A DNA stretch of 64,000 nucleotides from the human T2T-CHM13v2.0 reference genome, Homo sapiens: NCBI RefSeq assembly GCF_009914755.1, contig NC_060927.1. One strand, 5' to 3'. Shown piece after piece: positions 39,634-51,585 of the stretch. Each line of letters begins with the position of its first letter. Position 1 is the stretch's first letter. The translations under genes were made by a program, and so were the position numbers. The notes beneath the pieces are model-generated. The model worked only from the letters and a program-made list of their open reading frames with translations. It did no database searches and was not told the origin of the DNA.

Positions 39634-39951
39634 CTTTTTTCTTGTTGTTCGTTTGTTTTTGTTTTTTTTGAGACAGAGTCTTGCTCTTGTTGCCCAGGCT
39701 GGAGTACAGTGATGAGATCTTGGCTCACTGCAATCTCTGCCTTCCAGTTTCAAGCGATTGTCCTGCCCCAGCCTCCTGAGCAGCTGGGATTACAGGCACC
39801 TGCCACCAGTCTCATCTAATTTTCATATTTTTAGTAGAGACAGAGTTTTGCCATGTGGCATACTTGTCTCAAACTCCTGACCTAAAGTGATCCACCCGCC
39901 TTGGCCTCCCAAAGTGCTGGGAATTACAGGAGTGAGCCAGTGCACCTGACC
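39634..39951 (-). mobile_element. AluS SINE (diverged)
   Basis: T-rich tail, gagacagagtcttgctcttgttgcccagg...gagccagtgcacctgacc; TSD tccctagcattt at 39622 and 39952. Confidence 0.93.
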
Positions 39952-39989
39952 TCCCTAGCATTTTTAAATAACTGACAGATGAAATTGTA

Positions 39990-40150
39990 AAAGTGTAGCT
40001 TAACTGCTAGATTTCCTTCTCTCTCTGTAAAGTAAGGATTGATAATAGTGTTCTCCTTAAATGATTGTTGTAAAGATTAAATGCAATTATATAAATTAAT
40101 TTCATACAACAGTTCCTGGCATGTGGTAAGTGCTCAAATAATATTATTAT
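39990..40150 (+). mobile_element. MIR SINE
   Basis: ctctgtaaagtaaggattgataatagt...ttgttgtaaagattaaatg...cctggcatgtggtaagtgctcaaataatattattatt. Confidence 0.7.
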
Positions 40151-40968
40151 TGCTGGTATTTAGAAAGCCAAGAACATTTTAAAGACATACATAGGATCAG
40201 CAAGCAAACAAAAGGTTGAAACATAAGACTCACTAATAATTGTGTCTCAGCCTTTACTCTGCCATCTGAGTAATCTTTCTCAAGGTACTTCATTTTTCTG
40301 AGCCTTTTTTTTTAATCTCCATTTATAAAACTGAGGTTGAACTGGATTATCTCTATGGTCTCTTCGAGCACACCTATAATTTTCAGAACCTGGTGTGTCA
40401 ATAATTTGAACATTTGTATAGGGTTGCTGTCTAGCATGTATACATTTTTAAAACTATTTTCATACTTATAGTTTCCTTATATATCTCTTTATAAGGTTCT
40501 GAATTTCATATATTGTGCAAATATGAGGGCAAGTTCCAAAACCAAAAATCTTCTGGGATTAACTCTTAAAGGCAGAGTATTGAGTTAAATCTCTATTACC
40601 CTTTAATGTGTAACTATGAGCATATTAAACATGTCCCACAAGATAAGCAATTTGACTCTGTATCCCCATCTCAAACAGTAAACCTAGCAGGTGATGTGGT
40701 CTATATTTGGCAATTACTCCCTCTGAATAATAGTGAAGTTTTATCTTTTATAAATACATTTTTATCTACATAGTTCAGTCACTTGGCATTTCTGTACTAT
40801 TTTTAAATTAAGTAAACTTCTTTGTTATGATTACTTACAATGAGGGAGAGAAGTTAAGTGTTATCAGATGACACTAGAGAGGTGTCATAAAAAAGGAAAA
40901 GGAGAAGAGTTTGATTTACACTTTGTAAAGCTATGACCGGAATTGCAATCATTAATTCAAAGAGTCTA

Positions 40969-41006
<38 letters not shown>

Positions 41007-41025
41007 CATGAGCATGTGTGTGTGT
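40969..41025. repeat. (TG)n/(CG)n microsatellite
   Basis: Read directly from the sequence. Confidence 0.9.
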
Positions 41026-41439
41026 GGTGTTTTAAGGTCACTGCTTTATTAGAATTAACCCATTTAAATACAGTTAATTTATAACTTCTTTGGGGGAAAA
41101 GGAAGCACATATTTCAAAGAGAAGGATGGATCTCAATTCAATTTGTATTTTAATTTGCATTCATTTTATTTTTATTTTAACTTGCATTTCTCCTTATATG
41201 AGTAAATTTAGATATTTTTCATACTGCTAAGGGAGCACAAACCCTCAGTCTCCTAATCAAGTGTGCCTATTACACTAAAGAGTCTCTCACTGTGATTCCA
41301 ATCATTTTTACACTAAACCACAGAAAATTGCATAGAATACTCAAAAACAAGCCTGAAGGGATTATAACACAATGAAAATCACACATGAAATCAACTGAGA
41401 TTGTAATAATAATATTTTCAACATCATCATTATTACTGT

Positions 41440-41585
41440 ATGTTACATTTATTCAGTGCTTTATATGGACAAGGTACTATTCTAAGGGCTTTACATGTAT
41501 TAATATATGTAATTCTCACAACATGCCTAGGTACAGTAACAGTTGTTATCCTCATTTCACAGGTGAATGAGTTGAGACACAAGGG
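41440..41585 (-). mobile_element. MIR SINE
   Basis: catttattcagtgctttatatgg...aggtactattctaagggctttacatgtatt...atcctcatttcacaggtga. Confidence 0.7.
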
Positions 41586-42026
41586 AATTTTTAATAAGTC
41601 AGGGCCTATAACTTTAAATTTGGTTGAATTTTTTTACAGTGTGTGTAACTTAATCCTTTTCAATAATTTAAACGTTTTTACAAATCAGAAAATGTTAGAA
41701 AATATCACCAAATTTTTAATAATGTGGCACACATAATAAGTGTTCAGTATGTGGCTGATTAAGATTTTCAAGGCATTATATGATTCTATAGTTCCTTCCC
41801 ATATGCTGTGACAGTCAAGGAATGTTTATAAACATAGCAGTTCAGTAATTGAACACATTGCCCTTTAAAATTACATTCCTTATAATATTTACAGTGTCCA
41901 TATTGCCCAGTTTTTTTATCAAGCTTTTTACAATAGGAAAGACTGATGATGTCAGATAAATATAAGTATGTTCAATATGTACAGAGAAATGTAAATGTTT
42001 TTACATTGAAAGACTGACAATGTCAG

Positions 42027-42776
42027 AGAAATGTAAATCAAAACCACAATGAGATACCATCTCGTGCCACTTAGAATGGCAATTATTAAAAGTCGAAACA
42101 ACAGATGCCGGCGAGGCTGTGGAGAAATAGGAATGCTTTTACGCTGTTGGTGGGAATGTAAATTAGTTCAATAATTGTGGAAGACAATGCGGCAATTCCT
42201 CAAATATCTAGAACCAGAGATACCATTTGACCCAGCAATCCCGTTACTGGGTATATATCCAAAGAAATATAAATCATTCTTTTATAAAGATACATGCATG
42301 CGTATGTTTATTGCAGCACCATTCGCAATAGCAAAGACATGGAATCAACCCAAACACCCATCACTGACAGACTAGATTAAAAAAATGTGGTCCATATACA
42401 CCATGGAATACTGTGTAGCCATAAAAAGGAACGAGATTATGTCTTTTGCAGGGACAATGGATGAAGCTGGAAGCCATTATCTTCACCAAACTAACACAGG
42501 AATAGGAAACCAAACACCACATGTTCTCACTCATAAGTGGAGCTGAACAATGACAACACATGGACACAGGGAGGGGAACAACACACACCGGGGCCTATCA
42601 GCAGGGCAGGGGAAGGGAGAGCATTAGGATAAATAGCTAATGCATGCAGGGCTTAATATCTAGGTGATAGGTTGATAGGTACAGCAAACCACCATGACAC
42701 ACATTTACCTGTGTAACAAACCTCCATGTCCTGCACATGTATCCCAGAACTTAAAATAAAATAAAATTTTAAAAAA
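42027..42776 (+). mobile_element. 5'-truncated primate L1 (L1PA, mid-age) 3' end
   Basis: aaatcaaaaccacaatgagataccatctc...ccatttgacccagcaatccc...catgtatcccagaacttaaaataaaataaa; TSD gaaagactg(a/g)caatgtcag at 42008 and 42777. Confidence 0.92.
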
Positions 42777-43348
42777 GAAAGACTGGCAATGTCAGCAAGT
42801 ACTCTACAGGTCAGTAATTATATAAACAAAGAATAGTACTGGAAAATTAATATTGTAATAAACTAAGATATACCACCAAAATCAAAATGCTTTGTTAGAT
42901 TTTTTGCATTATTCTCTCTTATTGACTTGGTATGTGAATTTTCAAACTGTCAACAACTTTTTTTTAAAAAGCATAAAGGTAGGTGATAGCACATTATGTA
43001 AAGTGACAAGTTAAATGAATTTTGAAATTGTTTAGTTCCATTTTATAGTTTAATATTTGAAATATAAATTATTATCTTGCATGCAGTAAGATAAATGGGA
43101 ATAAATATCTCAAAAATTATGAGATTCATTGAATCATGTAACTATGCCAATTTTATCTTAAAAAGTTCTTTTATATATTTTTTGAACTTTGTTTTGTGAT
43201 TACATTGGCAAGGAAAATGATAGGATACAGTTATCTAAACTAGCCTAGATATGGTGATTATAATATTAAATGTTGATTATAATATTAAATGAAATGGTGA
43301 TTATAGAAATGGTGATTATAATATTAAATGTTGCTAAACAGTCTACAC

Positions 43349-43548
43349 ATCACACACCGGAGCCTTTCAGGGGGGTGAGGGGCAAGGGGAGGGAGAGCAT
43401 TGGGATAAATATGTAATGCATTAGGGGCTTAAAACCTAGATGATGGGTTGATAGGTGCAGCAAACCACCATGACACATGTATACCTATGTAACAAACCTG
43501 CACGTTCTGCACGTGTATCTCATAACTTAAAATAAATAATAATAATGA
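43349..43548 (+). mobile_element. Short L1PA 3' UTR fragment
   Basis: catcacacaccggagcct...gggcttaaaacctagatgatgggttgataggtgcagcaaaccaccatg...aacttaaaataaat. Confidence 0.9.
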
Positions 43549-46500
43549 AACTTATTATCAAGCAATGACATTTAAGTACATTACTTGTGATAATTAAAAT
43601 ATGTTATAGAGACTAAGTTAAGAATGGCAAAATACTAGGCCTCAATTCAGTCAACAAGGGATACACAATAAAGCAATTTTATTTATCTCTGAAGATTATA
43701 ATCCCAACTATATCTTTACCTAGAAATATAATAAATTCCATTATCTCATAATTATATTTTCTAGTGCTTAAAATAAAGTTTTTTCACAAATTCTGCTGTG
43801 CACATTTCTGTTACCTTTTGCTTAACTCAATGCACAGCAATTAATAGATAATACATGTTTAAATAAATAAATTCTATATCAAAAATGTATTTTTCTACAA
43901 TTTTTAAAGAAATCTATTTAAAGTTTCCCATCTGTGACATCATAAACCTATTTTGCATAAAAGTATAGTCAATACTTCTTTCTAAACTAGATATTTGATT
44001 CTTATTGTTTTACTAGCTTTTAAATCTGTGCCCTTTTGTTACTTTTGAATTAAAAATTACTGGAAGTTTCATTTTAAAATTATTATCTTTTTTCCTTTTT
44101 TATGCAAAAAGAGAGAAAGGCTTGTTAGTTTAAGGAAAGTAATCCCTCATTTCTCTTCCAATTTTCGATCTTATTCTGAGAACATCTTACTTCTTCCTTT
44201 AAAGCTTCACACTTACTTTTGTTTCATTTACCTGTGAGTCCGAGTTTGTGTCTCCACTCCCATTTTTTGTTTGTAATTTTTAGCCATATGCTTGTTACTA
44301 CCTCTACTCCTCTACTGAACTGGCTTTTCTAAAAACATCATCTCCAAACACGTGACTGCTGATTTCATACACTAAGAGTACACTCATTTCTAAAGTGCCA
44401 GTTCAGCACTATGGAGTAGAAGTACTGAATAACATGATGTGAAAAATAGTGAACTATCCCAGATTTCATACTGTTGTTATAATAATGATTCATGACAGTT
44501 GCTATTAAGGTGGGAGACAAAAAAATTCCCCAAGGCCATTTGATTCTCCTCCCAATTAATACAAATATGTTAAATCTTTAATTTGTACACCAGTGCAATA
44601 ATTAAAATATTTACATAGATCTATCAGAATAGTAAATTATTAAAAATTGAATTATTTAGTTCTAGAGGGATAGGTATATACATTCACTATATAACTGACA
44701 TCTTGTATTTTAACATTTTTCTGGTTTATGTGTTTAGCATTTAAATGGTATTGGAACTAGTAGTTTTGGGAAATTTTGACTATACATGTGTCAAAAACTT
44801 GTTCAGCCTCTGGAATACCGCCATCTGATAAACTTCTGCTGATAGGCATTGATCCAGACACACAGTGAAATTTCAAATACCACGACTCTTCATCTTTTAA
44901 AGATAAATTTAAGAGCCATTGATGATGATTAAATATTGTTATTTTGTTAAATATTTAATTAGAAAAATGACTGATAGAAGTGGAAGACATTGCATTTGTA
45001 AGATATTTTGTTTGGCATATTTATGGTTTTTGGTCATGATTCATAGATGCAATGTGATAAATGTAACTATCAAATATTAGAACTTAATCCTTCTATTTGA
45101 CTGTATGTTTGTACCTATTAACCAGCCTCTCTTCATTGCTCTCTCCCACTCTTCCTATCCTTTGCTCACTATCATTCTACTCTCTACCTCCATGAGATCA
45201 ATTTTTTAAACTTCCACATATGAGTGAGAACATGCAATACTAGTCTTTCTGTTCCTGGTTTATTTTATTTAACATAAAGACCATCATTTGTATTGATATT
45301 GCTGCATAATTGCTGCACATAATTTTATTTTTTATGGCCAGATAGTATTCCATTGTGTATATATCATATTTTCTTTATCCATCTATAGATAGACACTAAC
45401 ATTGATTCCATATATTTGCTATTGCAAATCGTGCTGCAGTGAACATGGGGTGCAAATATCCTTTTGATATACTGATCTCCTTTCCTTTTGATAAATACCC
45501 AGTAGTGGGATTGCTACATCCTATGGTAGTTCTATTCTTAGTTTTAGTTTTTTGGTTTTATTTTGAGAAATCTTTATACTGTTTTCCATAATGGCTGCAT
45601 TAATTTACATTCCCACCAACAGTGTATGACAGTTTCCTTTTCTCCACATCCTCACCAGCATGTACTATTTTTTGTCATTTCATAAATAATCATTCTAGGG
45701 TAAGATGATATCTCACTGTGGTTTTGATTTGCATTTTCTCAATGATAGGTGATGTTAAACATTCTTTTATATACCTGTTAGCCATTTGTATGTCCTGATT
45801 TGAGAAATGTCTGTTTATCCCTTTGGTCCCTTTTGAATGAGATAATTTGGTTTCTTACCACTGAGTTATTTCTGTTCTCTGTATATTCTTTGTTCTTTCT
45901 GCTCATTAGTTTCTAGTCAGGTGATTAGTTCAAAAATATTTTCTCCCATTAAACAGTTTGTCCCTATTGATTATTTCCTTTGCTGTGCAGAAGCTTTTTA
46001 GTTTAATATACTCTATTACTCCATTTTTTCTTTTGCTGCCTGTGGTTTTAAAGTCTTAACCATAAAATCTTTGGCTAGACCAATGCAATGAAATTTGTTC
46101 TTTATGTTTTCTCCTAGTATTTGTATATTTTCAAGTGTTACATTTAAGTCCTTAATTCATTTGGAGTTGATTTTTTTGTATATGGTGAGAGATAGGGATT
46201 TAGTTTCATTTTGCATAAGGATATCCAGTTTTCCCAGCACTATTTATTAAAGAAGCTGTCTTTTCCCCAGTGTATGTTCCTGGCACCTTTGTTGAAAATC
46301 AGGTGGTTGCAAATAGGTGAACTTACTTCTAGGTTCTTTATTCCATTCCATTGGTCTATGTGTTTGTCCTTACACCAATTCCATAGTGTTTTGGTACCAA
46401 AGCCATATACTACATTTTGAAGTCAGGTGGTGTGAAGCCTCAAGCTTTTTTTTTTTTTCTTTTGCTCAGGATTGCTTTGGTAACTTGGACTCTTTTTAAA

Positions 46501-47140
46501 TTCCAAACAAATTTTAGATTTTTTTTTCTAGTTCTGTGAAAAAATCACATTGGTATTTTATAGCAATTGAATTGAATTATAGATTGCTTTCGGTAGTATG
46601 GTGATTTTAACAAAATTAATTCTTCCAATCCATGAGCATGGGTTGTCTTTCCATTTGTTTGTATCTTTTTCAATCACTTTCGTCAGTGTTTTGTAGTTTT
46701 CCTTGTAGAGGTCTTTCACATTCTTGATTAAATTTATTCCTAGGTTTTTGTTTTTATGCAGCTGTTAAAAAAAAAAAAGGATTGCCTTCTTCATTTCCTT
46801 TTCTGCTAGTTCATTATTAGTGAATAGACATGCCACTGATTTTTGTATGTTGATTTTATATCCTGCAACTTTACTGAATTTATTTATCAGGTCTAAGAGT
46901 CTTTTGGTGGAGTGTTTAGGTATTTTTATATGTAAAATTTTGTCACCTACAAACAGAAACCATTTGACTTCTTTTTTTCCAATTTAGATGACTTTAATTT
47001 TTTTCTCTTGCCTGATTGCTCTGGCTAGGACTTGGCATCCTTGTCTTGTTCCAGTTCTTAGAGGAAAGGCTTAGCTTCTCTGAGTTCAGTTAGCTGCAGG
47101 TTTGTCACAACATCTCTTCATGATAAAAAAAACTCTTAAC

Positions 47141-47265
47141 AATGGCGTGAACCTGGGAGGCGGAGCTTGCAGTGAGCCGAGATGGCGCCACTGCACTCCA
47201 GCGTGGGCAGCAGAGCAAGACTCCGTCTCAAAAACAAAAAAAAAACAAACAAAACAAAAAAAAAC
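47141..47265 (+). mobile_element. 5'-truncated AluY (part of right arm + tail)
   Basis: aatggcgtgaacctgggaggcggagcttgcagtgagccgagat...gactccgtctc + A/C tail; AluY diagnostic ggcgtgaacc and agcttgcag. Confidence 0.9.
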
Positions 47266-47823
47266 TAGGCAAAGAAGGAGCATACGTTAACATAATAATG
47301 GCCTTTGGGCCTACATCCTTTATTATGTTGAGGTATGTTGTTTATGAGCCATGTTCTTTTATGTTTATTGAGAGTTTTTATCATGAAGGGATGTTAAATT
47401 TTGTCAGATGTTGTTTCTATCTATTGTGATGATCATGTTATTTGTCCTTCATTCTACTGATGTTATGCATCTTGTTTATTAATATGTGTATGTTGAACCA
47501 CCCTTGCATCCCTGGGATGAATCCCACTTAAATATGATGTGTTACCTTTTTGATGGGCTGTTGGATTCAGTTTGTTAGTATTTTGTTGAGGATTTTGCAT
47601 CTATGTTCATCAGGAATATTGGTCTGTAGTTTTATTTTTTGTTGCATCCTTGTCTGATTTTGGTGTCAGGGTAGTAGTATCAGGGTAATGAGTCAGGAAG
47701 AATTCCCTCCTCTGCAATTTTTGGGAATACTTTGAATAGAATTGGCGTTTGTTATTCTTGTAAATGTGGTAGAATAAAGCAGTGAAGCCATCCAGTCTGG
47801 GGATTTTCTCTGTTAGGAGACGT

Positions 47824-50310
47824 AAAAAAAAAAAAGAAAAAAGAAAAAAGAAAGAAATTTAATTTTCAATGCAAGAGTACATGTGCAGGTTTCTTACATG
47901 GGTATACTGTGTGATGCTGAGGTTTGGGGTACAAATGATTCCTTCACCCAGGTAGTGAGCATAGCACCCAACAGGCAGTTTTTCAATCCTTGTTCCCCTT
48001 CCTTCCTCACCCTCTGTAGTAGTCCCATGTCCTTTGTTGCCATCTTTATGTCCATAAGTATTCAACTTTTAGCTCCCACTTAAAAATGAGAACATGCAAT
48101 ATTTAATTTTCCTTTCCTGTGTAAATTCACTTAGGATAATGGCCTCCAGCTGCATCCATGTTGCTGCAAAGGAGATGATTTGATTCTTTTTCATGACTGC
48201 TTAGTATTCCATTACATATACATCACATTTTTCTTTGTCCAGTCCACTGTTTATGAGCACCCAAGCTGATACCTTATCTTGCAGTTTTGAATAGTGCTGC
48301 AATGAACATGTGAGTGCATGTATCTTTTTAGTAGAATGAATTTTGGGGGAATATGTACACGTTAATGAGATTGCTGGGTCAGATGGTAGTTCTAAGTTCT
48401 TCAAGAAATCTCCAAATTTCTTTCCACAGTGGCTGAACTAATTTACATTCCCACCAAGAGTGTATAAGCATTTCCTGTACTATGCGGCCTCACTAGCATC
48501 TGTTGTTTCTTGACTTTTTTTATAATGGCCATTCTGACTGGTGTAACATAGTATCTCATTGTGGTTTTTATTTGCATTTTTCTGATGATTACTGATGTTG
48601 AGCACTTTTTCATATGTGTGTGGGGCCACTTGTTACATCTTCTTTTGAGAAGTGTCTGTCCATATCTTTTGCCCACTTTTTAATGGGGATTTTTTTTTTT
48701 TTTTTTTTTGCTTGTTGATTTGTGTAAGTTTCCTATAGATTATGGATATTAGACTTTTGTCAGATACATAATTTGCAAATATTTTCTCCCATTCTGTATG
48801 TTGTCTACTCTGTTGACAGTTACTTTTGCTCTGCAGACGCTCATTAGTTTAATCAGGTCACAAGTCAATTTTTGTTTTTGTTGCAATTGATTTGGAGGAC
48901 TTAGTCATAATTTCTTTCCCAAGGCCAATGTCCAGAATGGCATTTCCTAGGTTTTCTTCTAGGATTCTTCTAGTTTTAGGTCTTACGTTTAAATCTTTAA
49001 CCCATATTAAGTTAATTTTTGTATAAGGTGAAAGATAGGTATCCAATTTCATTCTTCTGCATATGGCTAGCCACCCATCCCAGCACTATTTATTGAATAG
49101 TGAGTCCTTTCCCCATTGTTTATTTGTATTGAGTTCATCAAAGAACAGATGGCTGAAGTGTACAACTTTATTAGGGGTTCTGTATTCTGTTCCATTGGTC
49201 TTTGTGTCTGTTTTTGTACCAGTACCATACTCTTTTGGTTACAGTAGTCTTATATTATTGTTTGAAGTTGGGTAATGTGATGCTTCTGGCTTTGTTCTTT
49301 TTGCTTAGGATTGTTTTGTCTATTTCAGTTCTTTTTGGTTCCATATGCATTTTATGATAGTTTTTCCTAATTTGGTACTTTTTTAGGAATAACAATGAAT
49401 CTGTATGTTGCTTTGGGAAGTATGGCCATTTTAATGTTATTGATTCTTCCAATCCATGAGCATGGAATCTCTTTCCATTTGTTTGTGTCATCTCTGATTT
49501 CTTTCAGCTGTTTTTTGTAGTTCTGCTTGTAGAGATCTTTCACCTCCTTGGTTACCTGTATTCCTATGGATTTTATTTTTTGTGAGTATGCAGCTACTGT
49601 AAATCAGATTGTGTTCTTGATTTGGCTCTCGGCTAGTGGTCTATTGATCTTGTTTATCCTTTCAAAGAACCAACTTTTATTTTTGTTGCTTCTTTGTATG
49701 AATTTTTGGATCTCAATTTTGTTTAGTTCTGCACGGATTTTAGTTATTTCTTTTCTTCTGCTAGCTTTGAGGTTAATTTCTTCTTCTTTATCTAGTTTTC
49801 ATAGGTGTGATGTTAGATTGTTAATTTGAGATCTAACTATTTTAGCTGGGCATTTAGTACTGCAAACTTTCTCCTTAACAATGTTTTTGCTGCATTCCAG
49901 AGATTTTGGTATGATGGGTCCCGGTTTTCATTTATTTCAAAGAATTTTTTAAATTCTGTGTTAATTTTGTTGTTTACTCAAAAGTCATTCTGGAGTAAGT
50001 TGTTTAAATTCCATGTAATTGTGTGGTTTTGAGAGATCTACTTGGTATTGATTTTTATTGGTAGAAATTGGTTGTTAGGATTTCAATTTTTTTGAATCTA
50101 TTGACACTGATTTGCGTCTAAGTATGTGGTGGATCTTGGAGTGTGTTCCATGTGCAAGTGAGAAGAATGTATAGTCTGTGGCTGATGGGTGGAGTTTTCT
50201 CTAAATGTCTATTAGGTCTGATTAGTCAAGTGTTGAATTTACATCCAGAATTTCGTTAGTTTTCTGCATTGGTGATCTAACTCTGTTAGTAGGGTATTGA
50301 AACCCATGTG
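47824..50310 (-). mobile_element. Truncated L1PA15/16-like element nested in the L1MA
   Basis: 3' UTR gggtatactgtgtgatgctgaggtttggggtacaaatgat...cacccaggtagtgagcatag; ORF2 remnants (ORFs 48443-48676, 48858-49052); host L1 resumes at ggagactttttataactgattc (50312). Confidence 0.8.
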
Positions 50311-51585
50311 GGGAGACTTTTTATAACTGATTCTCTCTCTGTTTAGATTTTCTATTTCTTTCTAATTCAATCTTGGTTGGTTGTGTTATCAAAAATTTAC
50401 CTATTTATCCTAGGTTTTCTGGTTTGGTTATGTATAGTTGTTTATTACAGTCTTTGATGATCTTTTGTATTTCTGAGGTCTCAGTTGTTATGACTCCTTT
50501 TTCGCTACCCATTCTAGTTTTTGGGGTCCTTTTTCCTTTAGTTAGTCTAGGTAGTGGTTAATTTATTGATTTTGCTCATCTTTTTTTTTTAAACAAAAAA
50601 ATAACTTTTTGTTTTGCTGATCCTTTGTATTGTGTTTTTAGTCTCATTCTTTTTATTTCTGCTCTGATCTTTATTGCTTTTCTTCTAACCATTTAGGGTT
50701 TAATGTATTCTTACTTTTTCAGTTCCCTGAGGTTCATGATTAGGATTGTTCACTTGAAGTCTTTCTACTCTTTTAATGCATGCATTTGTTGCTATAAACT
50801 TTCCTCTTAGCTGTGCTTTGGCTGGCATGTTGTGTTTTGACTTTCATTTGTTTCGAGATGCTTTTTTTTAAATTTCTTTCCTCATTTCATTATTGACCCA
50901 ATGGTCAATTGGGAGCATGTTGTTTAATTTCTATATGTTCATACTATTTTGAAAGTTTCTCTTGTTATTGATTTCTAGTTTTATTTCATTGTTGTCTGAT
51001 AAGATAGTTGAGAAGATTTCAATTTTTACATTTTTGTTGAAGCTTGTTTTGTTACCTACGTATAATCTATCGTGGAGAATATTCCATGTGCTGATGAGAT
51101 GAATGTGTGTTGCTGTTAGAAAATGGTACTGTAAATGTCTGTTAGATCCCTCTGGTCATTGTTTCTTTGTTAATTTTCTGTCAATATGATCTGCCTAATG
51201 CTGAGAGTGGGTGTTGAGGTCCCCACCTGTTATTGTATTGGAGCCAACTTGATATTTGTTTATTTTAGGGTTTCCAATATACTACATAGAGTTTGTTCTT
51301 TCTTTTTTGTTCTTTTTCTTATATTTTGTTCTAAAATAATTATTTGAAAAGATCTATCTTTGTGTTCTGAAATACGTTCTTCTGCTTAATCTATTGTTTT
51401 TGAGGTTCTTAAATTTATGCTTTTATTTGAGATCTAATATTTGTTTTATGTATCTGAGTCCTCCAGTGTGGGTACATATATATTTAGAATTGGTATGTCC
51501 TCTTGTTGTATTGATCCCTTTATTCTATAATGACCTTGTCTCTTTTTACTGCTTTTGACTTAAAGTCTGTTTTATCTTACATAAG

